Below, in pieces: positions 14,238 through 28,151 of a DNA stretch of 64,000 nt. The position numbers were made by a program, and so were the translations under genes. Source of the stretch: Octopus vulgaris. Its lineage: Eukaryota. The number at the start of each line of letters is the position of its first letter. The first letter of the stretch is position 1. The notes beneath the pieces were generated by a model, which made no database searches, had not been told where the DNA came from, and worked only from the letters and a program-made list of their open reading frames with translations. The stretch covers positions 104,966,001 through 105,030,000 of the forward strand of contig OX597818.1 in assembly GCA_951406725.2 (NCBI GenBank), read 5' to 3'.

Positions 14238-15489
14238 TTCAAACGAGCCCATAACCTTCGAGACCTTTTGGTCCATAGCTCCTTCCCTGACCCTACCTCC
14301 CAACCTGGCTCGTTCCTCCCTGCTCCCGCCCACGTTGCCGCATTTGCCCTTACCTCTCCAACACCACCCTCCTCACTGGCACCCATCATCGACCCTCTCG
14401 CATCATCAACTCCTTCACCTGCACCTCCAGCAATATTATCTATTGCGTCTCTTGCGCTCTCTGCCATTCCCTGTACATCGGACAAACGGGACGCCGCTTG
14501 GCTGACCGGTTCGCGGAACACCTTCGTGACATCCGCCTTGCGAACGACACACCGGTCTCACGCCATTTCCGCTCCACCGGTCACTCCTTGCAACACCTGT
14601 CTGTGTTCGGTTTGTCCTTACACAGAGGCCATCCGGATTCCCGTTTGCGCCGTGAACAGGAATTAATCTTCTCTCTTCGCTCTTATACGCCATTTGGTCT
14701 CAACTCTCCCCCCTCCTCATCTAACCCCCCTCCTCATCTAACCTCCCCCCCCCGACCCCTACTTCTCTTCAGTCCTTCATCCTTTCACCCTTACTCCTCT
14801 TCCCTTCTTCCCTCTTTCTCCCTCCCTCCATCTTCCCTCTTCCCCTTCCCTCTGCTCCCTCACTCCCCTTCTCTCTCTCCCCTCTCCCTCTATCCTCCCT
14901 CCTCCTCTCCCCTCCTCTTCTCCTCTCCTTCCTTCTCCCCCCTTCCTCTTCCCCTCCTCTTCTCCCCTTTCTTTCTCCCCCTCACCCCTCCCTCTCCCCC
15001 TTACCTCCCCGTCCCCCCTCTTCTCCTCTCTCTACACTACACCATACGACTTTACACATCACATCATATATACATACACACGTCCAGACCTCTCATACGC
15101 ACTAATACTCTCTCATACACACACACACACACTCTTCTCATACACACACACACACTCTTATGTTAGAGTGAGGTCATTCAACCCTATTATCTCCCCTAAT
15201 TTCGCTCTTGCGTCTCATGTTTGATCTTTGACTTCTGGCCGAAATCAGATCGCCATGTTGATTCGCTAGCTTCTGCACGCATATTTTTTTCTCTCCTTCT
15301 TTCTGTGTTTTTTCTCTGTGTATCTCTCTGTTGAAGAGCGTAGGCTCGAAACGTTAAAGACTTGTTTTATTTATATTTCCTGAGCGCCATACTAATACAA
15401 TTGTTTGTTTGTATTCCACCTGCCTTCGTCTTTTGTTTATTTCCGTAAACCTGCCTTCGTCTTTTGTCTATTTTCATAAAGCTTCCCGT

Positions 15490-15490
<1 letters not shown>
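14236..15490 (+). mobile_element. Penelope-like (Neptune-type) retroelement 3' fragment: Cys linker, GIY-YIG endonuclease, CT-rich UTR and pLTR
   Basis: Reads FKRAHNLRDLLVHS, then after a frameshift (from 14321) CSRPRCRICPY...FTCTSSNIIYCVSCALCHSLYIGQTGRRLADRFAEHLRDI...VSRHF...REQELIFSLRSYTPFGLN. Both ends abut (TA)n. Confidence 0.92.
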
Positions 15491-15557
<67 letters not shown>

Positions 15558-15569
15558 TACATATATATA

Positions 15570-15884
15570 GGAGCACTCGGTCGGTTACGACGATGAGGGT
15601 CCCAGTTGATACGATCAGCAGAACAGCTTGCTCGTGAAATTAACGTGCAAGTGACTGAGCAATCTACAGACACGTGTACCACTAACGTAGTTCTCAGGGA
15701 GATTCAGTGTGACATAGTGTATGACAAGGCCCTTTGAAATAAAGGTATAACTCATTTTTTGCCAGCTGAGTGGACTGGAGCAACGTGAAATAAAGTGTCT
15801 TGTTCAAGGACACAAAGCGTCGCCGGGAATTGAACTCATGACGTTACAATCGTGAGCCGAATGCCCTAACCACTAAGCCACGCG

Positions 15885-15885
<1 letters not shown>
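15570..15885 (-). mobile_element. tRNA-derived SINE, family 5
   Basis: Minus-strand head GCGCGTGGCTTAGTGGTTAGGGC...GAGTTCAATTCCC, then CCAGTCCACTCAGCTGGCAAAAAATGAG. Related pieces at 21165-21400, 36770-36890, 37200-37375 and 45980-46170. Confidence 0.8.
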
Positions 15886-15936
<51 letters not shown>

Positions 15937-15994
15937 TTAAATATAATATAATATCATATCTATATAATATGATTTAATTTAATATCATATAAAT

Positions 15995-16428
<434 letters not shown>

Positions 16429-17268
16429 TATCTATCTGTCTATTTATCTATCTATCTATATATATAAATATATATATATATATATTAGTCGCCATGATAG
16501 ATCGTTAGCCACTACACACTTTTTTCTCTCCTTGTTTCTCTCCTTGTTTTTTCTGTGTCCCTTTCTGTAGAAGAGCGTAGGCTCGAAACGTAAAAGACTT
16601 TTTCTATTCCAGAGCGTTATACTAATACATCTGTTTATTTTGTACACCACCTGTCTTTGTCTTTTGTTTTTTTCGTAAACTTTCCCTATATATAAGTCAG
16701 TAAATGGTGGGGGAGTTGTGTTAACCGCACGTGGAGAAATGATAGGAGAGGAAAAATTATAAGGCAGAATGCTAAATTGATAGTAAATTTTAATAAAAAT
16801 GCGTGTATGAAAAATTAAAAAAGAAAAAATAATAAATCAAACCGGATTTTATTGCAAGGCAAATTTTCAAGATTCGGAAGGGGAAAAAATTTCTTTTAAA
16901 TTGAGGAAGGGGAAAAAAGAAATTTACAATGTTTTTTTCAAAAAAATAATAATACATATATAGAAAAATATATAAATAAGTATACCAATACATTGTAGAA
17001 TCTTTATGCTTTTAGAGTTCCATAACAGTCCTTGGAAAAACTTCTTTGGAGGATCAGGATGCATGTGTTTAAATGTAGTGTATATTTTGAAATAGTGAGG
17101 TGATTATGTGTCAAAACAGGAAATGGGGTAGGAGTTATCCACTTCCTGTGAGTAAGGGGAGACAATTCTGTGGATTTTATGCTCTTTAATTGGAATGATG
17201 GATTTTTTGTCAAACAAGATGCTTATATCAATTTTTTGTCAGATAGGATGCTAGAAAAAGGAGTATGG

Positions 17269-17790
17269 TCACCGTGGAGTTTGCATATTAAGACGCGTTT
17301 GGAATTTTTCAATAAAGAGATTCTCCTTGTTGATTCTTTCTTGTGTAGAGATTCTATCTTTACATTGGTAGAAAGGGAATATGTGAAATTTGGGATTTTT
17401 ATCTCTAACGCAAGAGTCTATGTGGCTACTGAGTGGAATTTGACGGTATTGTGGGAGATTTATCTGTTCTTTATGGACTGCTACTCTTCTGCGTAAAAGA
17501 AGGCTAGTTTGTCCAACATAATTGTGTTGGCAACCGGCGTATGTGAGAACGTAGATGAGGTTCTCAGAGGAACAGGATAAGTTGGTCTTGATTTTAAACT
17601 TTGTTCCTTGTTTGAAAGTAAATTCAGAGCCTTCAAGTAGGAAGGGGCAGGTACCACAGTTAGGGCGTGCACATTTTTTAACTGATGGAGGTGGATGTGG
17701 TGTGTGAAGTTTGGCATTTGTTAAGAATTTTTTCAAAGATTTATGTTGCCTTTTGCATTTAAAGATTTTATGTGTATTGGTATTATTCAT
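17269..17790 (-). mobile_element. Second Penelope/Neptune family: Cys linker and GIY-YIG fragment
   Basis: Reads KRQHKSLKKFLTNAK...KCARPNCGTCPFL...LSCSSENLIYVLTYAGCQHNYVGQTS..LRRRVAVHKEQI...ERINKENLFIEKFQTRLN. Confidence 0.9.
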
Positions 17791-18455
17791 TTTGGGGTCT
17801 GTGGAGAGTAAGGGTGGTGTATGATTGTAGTGTATACTTCGATGTTTTTGGGGTTGTGGGTGGAACTGGTAGCATGAAAGGCAAATGACAACCAGTTACA
17901 ACCTGTTTCTCCTGATCTGTAACCCGAGCGCTAAATTACCCTCTGCTATCGGTAATATCATTATTGTTCTTAATCCTGTTCGGTTTTTTTTGTATTTTTT
18001 CTGGTCAGCTTACATGGAATTGAGAGAGAAGCAGCTTCGTACTCATGGTCGGTCTTTTGTGTCTTATCTTTTGTGGCAGGCGAAGCTATCGATAATTTGC
18101 ATGACGGAAAAAAATGTATACATATTGAGCCTTCAATACCTGTGTTTGTATTTACTGCGGAACACTGACGAGGTATATGGCAAGATTAAAAAAAAAAGAA
18201 AATATCACTGTTATCTAATTATTTGCGCAAATTGCCGAAACACGTGTATATTCTATAAACCATTTTACACTTTATCTCTTTTCTGTACGTTGATATTTTT
18301 GTGACTTTACTCGTCTTCTGCAAACTGCCTATCCCGAGATTGATGCCCGCATCTTACTACACAGGATACTGGAGTGTAATGTGACATTCACTGTTGAGAC
18401 TGATCTTTGAATACGTGTCGCGCTTAGCAGCACATCCATTCGATATAGGAGTGTG

Positions 18456-18594
<139 letters not shown>

Positions 18595-18935
18595 AGTGTG
18601 TATATATATATAAATTAGAGAAAATCACTATTATGCAATTCAAATGTATGCAAATGTATATAGACAATTCAAATGTATATAGACATGCATACCTGTGCAC
18701 ATACACTCGTACACATTCCTATTATATAATGTTTATTCATTTTTTGTACTTTTTGTGATCTAGATAAATGTTTTGTAATATATATTATTTTTTCTATGTG
18801 ATATGGTTTATGTCTATCATTGTTTGAATTGCATAATAGTGGTTTTTTCTAGTTTATATATATTATATGTTTATATTGTGAAATTAGATTTAATACTAAA
18901 TTGAATTTTCCCTGTAAGTTTGGAGTTATATTCCC

Positions 18936-18987
<52 letters not shown>

Positions 18988-19006
18988 AATATGTATGTAT
19001 CTATAT

Positions 19007-19047
<41 letters not shown>

Positions 19048-19188
19048 CGTATGTATGTATACATATATATATATAAATATATGCACACTCACGCACACTC
19101 ATGCAGATAGACAGATAGATAGATATAATTATCTGGTGTCGCTTTTTTCGTACCAACTGTACATGTATATTCATGCATATATATATAT

Positions 19189-19290
<102 letters not shown>

Positions 19291-19676
19291 AACACTTCTC
19301 AGTAACACAAACACTGCTGATGCTTAAAATTGTTCTTTTTAACAATTGTCTTTCATTTGAGAAGAACTGTCACACCAATTAAAATTGATTGCCAAAATCA
19401 ATACATTTAAAAATTAATATCACACAAATTAAACAAACAACATAATGTTTTGTTTTTAACAGTAGCATTTATGTTAGTTTTCTTTTGTTGTTGTTGTTGT
19501 CTTTGTGTTTGTTTTGTTTGTTTGTTTGTTTTCTCTTTTTGTTATTGTTGTTTTGCTTATTTATTTCAGGTGGAGGAAATGCTGAATCTCAAATCGAAAG
19601 TAAAGTTCTTTTAAAAGCTAACAGAAAAAAATATATATGCAAAACACCCATATACCTATACGCATATGCATACAAC

Positions 19677-19707
<31 letters not shown>

Positions 19708-20399
19708 ACACATACACATACATACACACACGTATGTACATAGACACACTTACGCATACATACATATACACACATAGATATACATATTCGTGTACATACA
19801 CTCGTACACATTCACATACACACGCACAAATCCACATACATATACACACAAATAAACACACATGCACATGCATACACAACCGCATACACGCACGCATACA
19901 CACGGGGTGACATATACACACTACCAGTGTGCACCTAAATATTTTTCGTTTAGTCTTTGGGGAGAACATTTTTCAATTTTTTATTGTTTAAGCAGGGTCT
20001 TTCGTCGGATGTTTTTTTAATAGATGGCTGTTTTACATGCGTTTTTAAGCTTAAAATACTTTAAAATCTGCCTAACACACACACACGCATACAAACACAC
20101 ACAGACACACCTACATAATACATACATACATACATGCATACATACATACATACATACATACATACATACATACATACATACATACATACATACATACATA
20201 CATACATACATACATACATACATGCACTTACACACTAACACACACCTAGACAAACACAAACACTCACATATATATATGTACGTACATATATGCAAACAGA
20301 AACACACACACACAAATACATACATACATACATACATAAATACATACATACATAAATACATACATACATACACTTTCAAGCTAACACACGTCTAGACGA

Positions 20400-20464
<65 letters not shown>

Positions 20465-20816
20465 TGTATGTATCTATGTATGTAGTTATGTATGTATGTA
20501 TGTATGTATGTACGTACGTACATATATGCAAACGTAAACACACACACACTCGTGAACTCAATTAGTCCAAATAGCATCCAGAACAAAAAGTTTTTTTTTA
20601 AAATACAAGCAATTACTTTAAATTGTTATTTTCGTTAACAATACTCAACTAATTATGGAATGGTAGCATGTCTTTATAGAAAACAGGATAGAGATGCTGT
20701 TGCTGAATCTGTTGCTCGACCATCTTGGTGTCTGTGTCATAATATCGAATTTCTTGTACAGTACCGGACCTTGTATCTGGCTGCCAGAAATCTGAGAATG
20801 CCTTGCTGTACACTGT

Positions 20817-21116
20817 GGAGGCACGTGGCCTAGTGGTTAGAGCAATAGACTCGCGGTCGAGGAATCGCGGGTACGAATCTCAGGCCCGGCGATGTGTGTG
20901 TTTATGAGCGAAACACCTAAGCTCCACGTGGCTCTGGCTGAAGGTAATGGCGAACTTCTGCTGACCCTTTCGCCAAAACTTTCTCTCACTCTTTCCTCCT
21001 GCATCTTGCAGCTCACCTACGACGGACCAGCGCCCCGTTCAAGTGGGGAACCTATACGCCAAGAAAACCGGGAAACCGGCCCTTATGAGCCAGGCATGGC
21101 TCAAAAAGGAACAAAC
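20817..21116 (+). mobile_element. SINE family 3, tail type b, with 12-bp TSD
   Basis: Head related to 2073 but with a different 3' half (GGGGAACCTATACGCCAAG...CCCTTATGAGCCAGGCATGGCTC). TSD TGCTGTACACTG at 20804-20815 and 21118-21129. Copies at 36897-37160 (+) and 42259-42564 (-). Confidence 0.88.
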
Positions 21117-21584
21117 CTGCTGTACACTGAATATACTGTACTTTGTATTGCAGGGGTTCTAAGCCATTTTATTTCACGTTGCTTTAGTTCACTCAGCTAT
21201 AGAAATGAGTTGCGACGTCACTGGTGCCAAGCTGTATCGGCCTTTGCCTTTCCCTTGGGTAACATCAGTGGCATGAAGATGGGCGGATGGTATGCATGGG
21301 TGACTGCCGGTTTTCCATATAAAAACAACCTTGCCCAGACTTGTGCTCCGGAGGAGAAATTTTTAGGTGCAATCCCATGATCATTCATGACCGAAAGAAA
21401 TCCCTTTTGGTTACTATTTTATTCTGGTGGACCTCGCCCATAGCCATTCGATGCTTAAAAACTAGTTTTACAGAAACTTTTAACATTTTTATTTTGTTTT
21501 TCAAATATTAATTTGTGTAAGTTGACCTATGTAAAATTTTAAAGAAAGAAACCTAGCTATTTCTTGCAATAAGTACATCTAAAA

Positions 21585-21793
21585 GATTGTTTCCCAACCA
21601 GGGATGCGATATAGCATTCTATTGGGTGCTAGATTGCATTCCAGGGGATGCGAGCAGGGCTGGATTTATAGGAGGTCAAAGAGAGCAATTGTCCCGGACG
21701 CCTTTATTCTTATATAATTAATTACTTTAAGAGGTGCAAGAACATATTAAAAGTTTTTAGGGGTGCATGACATAACAAGGGTTGGGAACAACT
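21585..21793. mobile_element. hAT-like MITE remnant
   Basis: Imperfect TIRs TTGTTTCCCAACC / GGTTGGGAACAA with ATCTAAA on both flanks. Confidence 0.4.
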
Positions 21794-21983
21794 TATCTAA
21801 AGCATTACAAATATTATTTTCGACCAACGAGCCCCCAGAAACAGCTGTTGGGTTTGTAATACTTTTTTTTTTCAACCCCTTTAAATCTTGATGTCATTTC
21901 TGTTCTGTGTAAGTCGGAACTTTTTGTATGTAAACATACATACATATTTTGTATTTCATGTATTCGATATAATTTTTATATTA

Positions 21984-22597
21984 AGGCGGCGAGCTGGCAG
22001 AAACGTTACCACGTCGAGCGAATTGCTTAGCGGTATTTCGTCTGCTGCTACATTCTGAGTTCAAATTCCGCCGAGGTCGACTTTGCCTTTCATCCTTTCG
22101 GGGTCGGTTAAATAAGTACCAGTTACGCACTGGGGTCAATGTAATCGACTTAATCCGTTTGCCTGTCCTTGTTTGTCCCCTCTGTGTTTAGCCCCTTGTG
22201 GGTAGTAAAGAAATAGGTATTTCGTCTGTCCTTACGTTCTGAGTTCAAATTCCGCAGAGATCGATTTTGCCTTTCATCCTTCCGGGGTCGATTAAATAAG
22301 TACCAGCTACGCACTGGGGTTGATGTAATCGACTTAATCCCTTTGTCTCTCCTTGTTTGTCCCCTCTATGTTTAGCCCCTTGTGGGCAATAGAGAAATAA
22401 GAAACGTTAGCATGCTGGGCGAAATGCTTAAGCAGTATTTCGTCTGTCTTTACCTTCTGAGTTCAAATTCCTCCGAAGTCGACTTTGGTTTTTATCCTTT
22501 CGGGGTCGATAAATTAAGTACCACTTGCTTACTGGGGTCGATCTAATCGACTAGTCCCCTATCCAAAAATATCAGGCATTGTGCCTAGAATAGAAAA
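21984..22597 (+). mobile_element. Head-to-tail trimer of Meta-domain-like SINE (family 1)
   Basis: Three consecutive TTCTGAGTTCAAATTCC..GTCGA..TTTCATCCTT..GGGGTCG..AAGTACCA units; the second and third are 5'-truncated. Confidence 0.9.
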
Positions 22598-23200
22598 TGA
22601 TATACTTATTATATTGATCTGCCTAACTTTCTTATTCGTACGTTTACTTCTCTTGAACGCTACTAAGTATATTCTATACGTAGAATATCTGATTCTCATC
22701 TTAGAACTATATAAATATATACATACATACATACACACATACACACACACATACATACATACATACGTACATACATACATACATACATACATACATACAT
22801 ACATACATACATACATACATACATACATCCGTACATACATACATACATACATACATACATACATACATACATACATACATACATACATACATACATAGTT
22901 TCGTATACATTCGAAGTTTTTTCCAAGGAATCTAATGCTGTTAGCTTAGTTTTTCCTTGGGGTTGGCCAGATTGGAGCAATCTCAAGATTAATCAGCCGA
23001 AATTGCGAGGATGATCCGGTTCTTGACTGAAGATTAAAGGCTTCGAATGACCCGTCCGTGTTTTTGTATCGTCTTCTGGATATTTTGCGTTCTTATCCCA
23101 TTTTTTATTTGTTTATACATACATACATACATACATACATACATACATACATACATACATACATACATACATACATGCATACATACATACATACGTACAT

Positions 23201-23483
23201 AGGTTTATACCTGTAATTATTAGGGCACTGGGGTATGTAACACACTCCCTAAATACCAATCTTGACAAATTAGGCTTCCCAAAATCAGAAAGATGAAGGC
23301 TGATTCGAAGACTACAGATCCAAGCCATCAATGGAACTATAAATGTCTAAAACTTTCCAAAGTTTATCATTTAAGTATATATGAGCATGTCTAGATATGC
23401 AAGTCTATGCATGAGAATACTTATATAAGACAAAACAGAAATCTGCATACATACATACATACATACATACATACATACATACA

Positions 23484-23514
<31 letters not shown>

Positions 23515-23620
23515 CCTGTTCATGTTGTTGAAATTCCAATGAAGGAGCCTTGGATCTTGGTTAGAAACCGGCTCCTTCTCTATTGGCAAGAAATATTGAA
23601 ATAAGACTGAAACATGACAC
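23201..23620 (+). mobile_element. RLE-type LINE extreme 3' fragment embedded in (ACAT)n
   Basis: From 23201 reads [40 protein letters not shown], homologous to the IPIIVGALG..QKIALLGT end of the Dong-like element. Flanked by (ACAT)n. Confidence 0.65.
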
Positions 23621-23665
23621 TGATAGACAGACAGACAGACAGGTAGATAGATAGATTAGATAAAT

Positions 23666-23714
<49 letters not shown>

Positions 23715-23747
23715 GACAGAGACAGAGACAGAGACAGACAGACAGAC

Positions 23748-23802
<55 letters not shown>

Positions 23803-24298
23803 TAGAAAGAATGCATACAGCATTCAGTATATATCGCTCTTTAATTTACACAGTATCGAACAATTTTTTTTTGTCAAGCTTGAGACCGGATGTGGTGGAT
23901 ATCTGGGTTTTCCGGTTTTCTGGGGACAGCCTAAATATTACTTCAGATACAAAATAATTTATAAGCAGGAAAGAGCTAAACTGTATTTAACAGAGTCAAA
24001 TTAATATTTTCCTAAAACAGAATCTGATCGATATTTATTAATCCACTTAAAATTCATAAAATATATTAATCTGTATGGTGTATAATGTTTGTAGGATGAA
24101 AAGTAAACGAAGAAAAGTGTAGAGCATGATTTTATTTGGTAGAAACAGGTAGAAATTAATACAATTGTGAAGCAGAGTGTGTTTAATCCTTATCAAAAGC
24201 AATAAAATAACAAAATTATTTTAGCGCATCGTATGTAAATTAACCACCTTCAAAAACAGGATCTCTTTACTCGTTACAGGGTATCCTACTTTGCACAA

Positions 24299-25380
24299 TA
24301 CAGGAATATCTCGCTTTACAGAAGTAATGCGATCCTGAGATTCTGGACGCAACGCGAAATTCCGTAATGCGAAGTTAATTTCCATATTGATTTTTCATAC
24401 CTATTTCTTTACTAGCCAAAAGGGGCTAAACACAGAGAGGACAAACAAGGACAGACGAACGGATTAAGTCGATTACATCGACCCCAGCGCGTAACTGGTA
24501 CTTATTTAATCGACCCCGAAAGGATGAAAGGCAAAGTTGACCTCGGCGGAAATTGATCTCAGAACGTAACGGCAGACGAAATACCTCAAGGCATTTCGCC
24601 CGGCGTGCTAACGTCTCTGCCAGCTCGACGCCTTTTCATACCATCAAGTGAGATTACATTCCTAAGGACATTTCCGGTAAGAAAAAAAGCACAAGAAAAT
24701 AACAGAGAACAACTGTCACCATCACCTTTATACATGAAAATAACAATTTCTAAACATACACGATACAATATAGATACATAAAAACGCAAAACCATTTCAA
24801 GAGGAATGCGTTAAGGGAATTAACTAAGTCGTAAATCGTAAGAATACGTTCTTACCACAAAAGATGTTGCCTGCTGTTTGAGATGTGGTGGTGGAATGAG
24901 TGTTACTAGGAAGACGAAGGACAATATTTATTATCTTATAGTTCATTATCATAATTCAACATCAACTTGAGGAGAGAAGAACTTATCCAAAGTTGTTTGT
25001 TGTTTATGACGCATTATTTCTTTGCACAGTTCAGTATAGGAACTGAGCTCGTTATAAACTCCTCTTTTAATTTTTATGTTACACTCACGATTAGGATCAT
25101 TATCAGTAAAAACCGTTAGACCTTTCTTAATAAGTGCCAACGCTGAAGTGATAATTTTTGTACCCGATTTAAATGGTTCAGGTGGAACTGCCGTTGTTTC
25201 ATCTGTATGATCAGCTTGTTTTTCTAAAAATATCAACTGCTCATTAGATAAACCTTTTCTCTGGGACACTAACAACTCAGCCAAATCCTTCATCCTTTGT
25301 AAAACCCTTTGCTTTGTTTTTATTTATTTACTATCGTGCTTATCGGCACATTATACCGATTCTGATTCTTGATTCATACG
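24299..25380 (-). mobile_element. Tigger/pogo DNA transposon remnant, interrupted by a family 1 SINE (about 24400-24632)
   Basis: ORF 24949..25293 reads DLAELL...LSNEQL...F.DNDPNRE...Y.ELCKE..KQQTTLDKFF, a Tigger C-terminus with PIP-box-like motif. TA|CAGG terminus at 24299. Confidence 0.75.
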
Positions 25381-25414
25381 CTCAAAAGTCGTTCGATTTT
25401 AAGCATTATATCAG

Positions 25415-25642
25415 CGGCGAGCTGGCAGAACTGTTAGCACGCCGGGCGAAATACTGAGCGGTATTTCGTCTGCCGTTACGTTCTGAGTTCAAATTCCGCC
25501 GAGGTCGACTTTGCCTTTCATCCTTTCGAGGTCGATAAATAAAGTACCAGTTACGCACTAGGGTCGATGTAACCGACTTAATCCCTTTGTCTGTCCTTGC
25601 TTGTCCCCTCTATGTTTAGTCCCTTGTGGGCAATAAACAAAT
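25415..25642 (+). mobile_element. Family 1 SINE, full length
   Basis: GCGGCGAGCTGGCAGAA head, B box and Meta-like core. Similar copies at 27127-27352, 36050-36282 (-), 38784-39012, 43250-43485 (-) and 45222-45453 (-). Confidence 0.88.
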
Positions 25643-26504
25643 ATTTATCAGATCGATGGAAAAATAAGGTCCAGAAAGTTAACAGAGTAGACTCTTCAAC
25701 ACTTGACATAATTTTCTCTCTCTTATAACGTATTGTTCCCACTGTAGATGTTGTAAGATTTAATGTTCTGGCAATACAACATAGTTATACATCCGTATCA
25801 AATCTTTTTAAAACATTAGGTTTTAATATACAGTGCAATCCCTACTGCCTTTTACGTCTTATTGATAGCTTCCCACTAGACATCTTAAAATGAAAGTAAA
25901 TCCAACAGCTACGGTGATTAATTATCCAAAAGAAATATGTAATAAAAAGAATTGGCCCTGGAAAGACCTGTTTTGTGAGAATGGAAAATTGTCCCATTCC
26001 TATGGATGCAATAATGAAAATGAGATAAGAGGATGAACGTCTGAGAAAGAGAAAGTACTATGTAATTGCAGTTAGCTAACGGTTTCTCCAGATTTTCTAG
26101 GCAACAGCACGTACACACACAGAGGCAAGCACTCATACAAAGAAGCATTTACACACACACACACATGCATACATGAGTTGGTGTAGATGCTAATGTCTAT
26201 TGTTGCCAGTTGGATTCCAAAGATGGTGGGCTGGTAGTGGGGATGATGTGGGAAGCACCAGCTTAGGTGTTAGTGACGTTGGGCGAGCGTTGCTGGTGTT
26301 GTAGCGGTTTTATTGTTCTTACTATTGTTATGGCTGCTTAGTCTCAAGCCATTCCTCGTAGACCTAAGATCAAAGACATTTCATTCAACTTTGAAAATAC
26401 GCTCAGAGACCACATTATGTGTTTTTATTTCAAATGGATTTGCTTACCTACTTCATACTGTACGTTACTGTTGTCGTTGTTGGTAGTGGCTGTCGTGTTA
26501 GTAG

Positions 26505-26505
<1 letters not shown>

Positions 26506-26542
<37 letters not shown>

Positions 26543-26543
26543 A

Positions 26544-26587
<44 letters not shown>

Positions 26588-26884
26588 AACACACACAAAC
26601 ACACACACAAACACACACACACACAAACAAACACACACACACACACACACAAACACACACAAACACACACAGACGAACACACACACAAACACACATACAC
26701 AAACACACACACACACACACGCGCAAACACACACACATGCATGTGTATGTACATACATACATACATACATACATACATACATACATAATTACGTATGTGA
26801 ATGCGTGTGTATATAGGTGGGTATGTGTTTGTGTGTGTGCGTGTGCGTGTGCGTGTGCGTGTGCGTGTGCGTGTGTGTGTGTGT
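26506..26884. repeat. Compound (CA)n/(ACAT)n/(GTGC)n microsatellite
   Basis: Directly visible. Confidence 0.96.
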
Positions 26885-28151
26885 AACGTGATGATAGTTT
26901 TTCAAATCGTTAACTATATACTTTGATCTTAAAACGCAAGCGGCCATTGAAATAAGACGAAAATGTAGATTTAAACTGTTAACAATTCAAAACTATGCAA
27001 TACGAGTCCCCGTAAGAGCGAAACTACAGACCGTATCCCGAAATTAATAGTCATAGTGGTACTGGCTACAGGAGCCTACTGGCGAGTATTTAAAGGGAAA
27101 TCTGGCAGGATGGTCAGTCGTCCGCTGGCGAGCTGGCAGAGACGTTAGCGCGCCTGGCGAAATGCGTAGCCGTACTTCGTCTGCCGTTACATTCTGAGTT
27201 CAAATTCCGCCGAGGTCGACTTTGCCTTTTATCCTTTCGGGGTCGATAAATTAAGTACCAGTTACGCACTGGGGTCGATGTAATCGACTTAATTCGTTTG
27301 TCTGTCCTTGTTTGTCCCCTCTGTGTTTAGCCTCTTGTGGGTAATAAAGAAACATACATTCGTTGACGATGCATTGAAGAAACCAAAGAACAGAAGAAGA
27401 AAGGAGAAAGAAGAAATGTACTCAACGCTAGAGCTGAAGACTCTTCCGAAAGCGGGGGGCACCACATCGAAAACGATAGAGGAGTAGGGGCCGAAACCGG
27501 ACGTGGTTCTTCCTCAAGATGCCTTTAGCCATTGGACCCTATAAACGAGCTGTTGCGGTAGCGAACCACGAAACGTGAATGGAATTCTTCCTCCGTATGA
27601 GTGAAACTACAGACCGTATCCCAAAATTAATAGTCATACTTTATAATTCCTGTAAGTGCGAAATACCGTAACCTGGAGTGACGTAACGTTAGGGATTCTT
27701 GTATTACACAGTGTCTCCGGATTTCTGAAAGCCGGGTAAGCGATCCGGTATTAAATATCCACATTTTTGCCAGTTAGCCAGTTTGAGTTATTTCCCTTCT
27801 CCCATTTTTTTTATCGTCTCAGATGTTCAGATATATTGCGTCTAAGTACCGCATTATCCAATACTTCTGCCACTATTTTTTTTACAATGTTAGGGTGTGA
27901 TTCAAAGAAGATTTAACTGCTATTTCTAGTGGTGATTCTTTGTTGTAGCACTGTAGCTAGTGTATAAAGCATTGCTACTCTGAACCAGTATCATAAAAGT
28001 AGTAAATTACGAAATTTACCCCTGAAGTCATAATTTGTTAAGATTTATCTCCCTTAAACGCTACACAACTCGAAGTTAGCTATCGATATAATATTTTCTT
28101 TGTGATCCGAGAAAAAGGCTTGTTATGTTATTATTAATAATACTAATATTA

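Noticed and set aside
14705-15166. Pro/Ser/Leu-rich extension of ORF 14498..15166
   Set aside because: Read-through into the polypyrimidine 3' region of the Neptune element after the GIY-YIG domain ends.
18000-18455. Possible exon or promoter (TATCGATA at about 18087; short frame FTRLLQTAYPEIDARILLHRIL)
   Set aside because: No recognisable homology or consistent splice pair; a single 8-mer can occur by chance.
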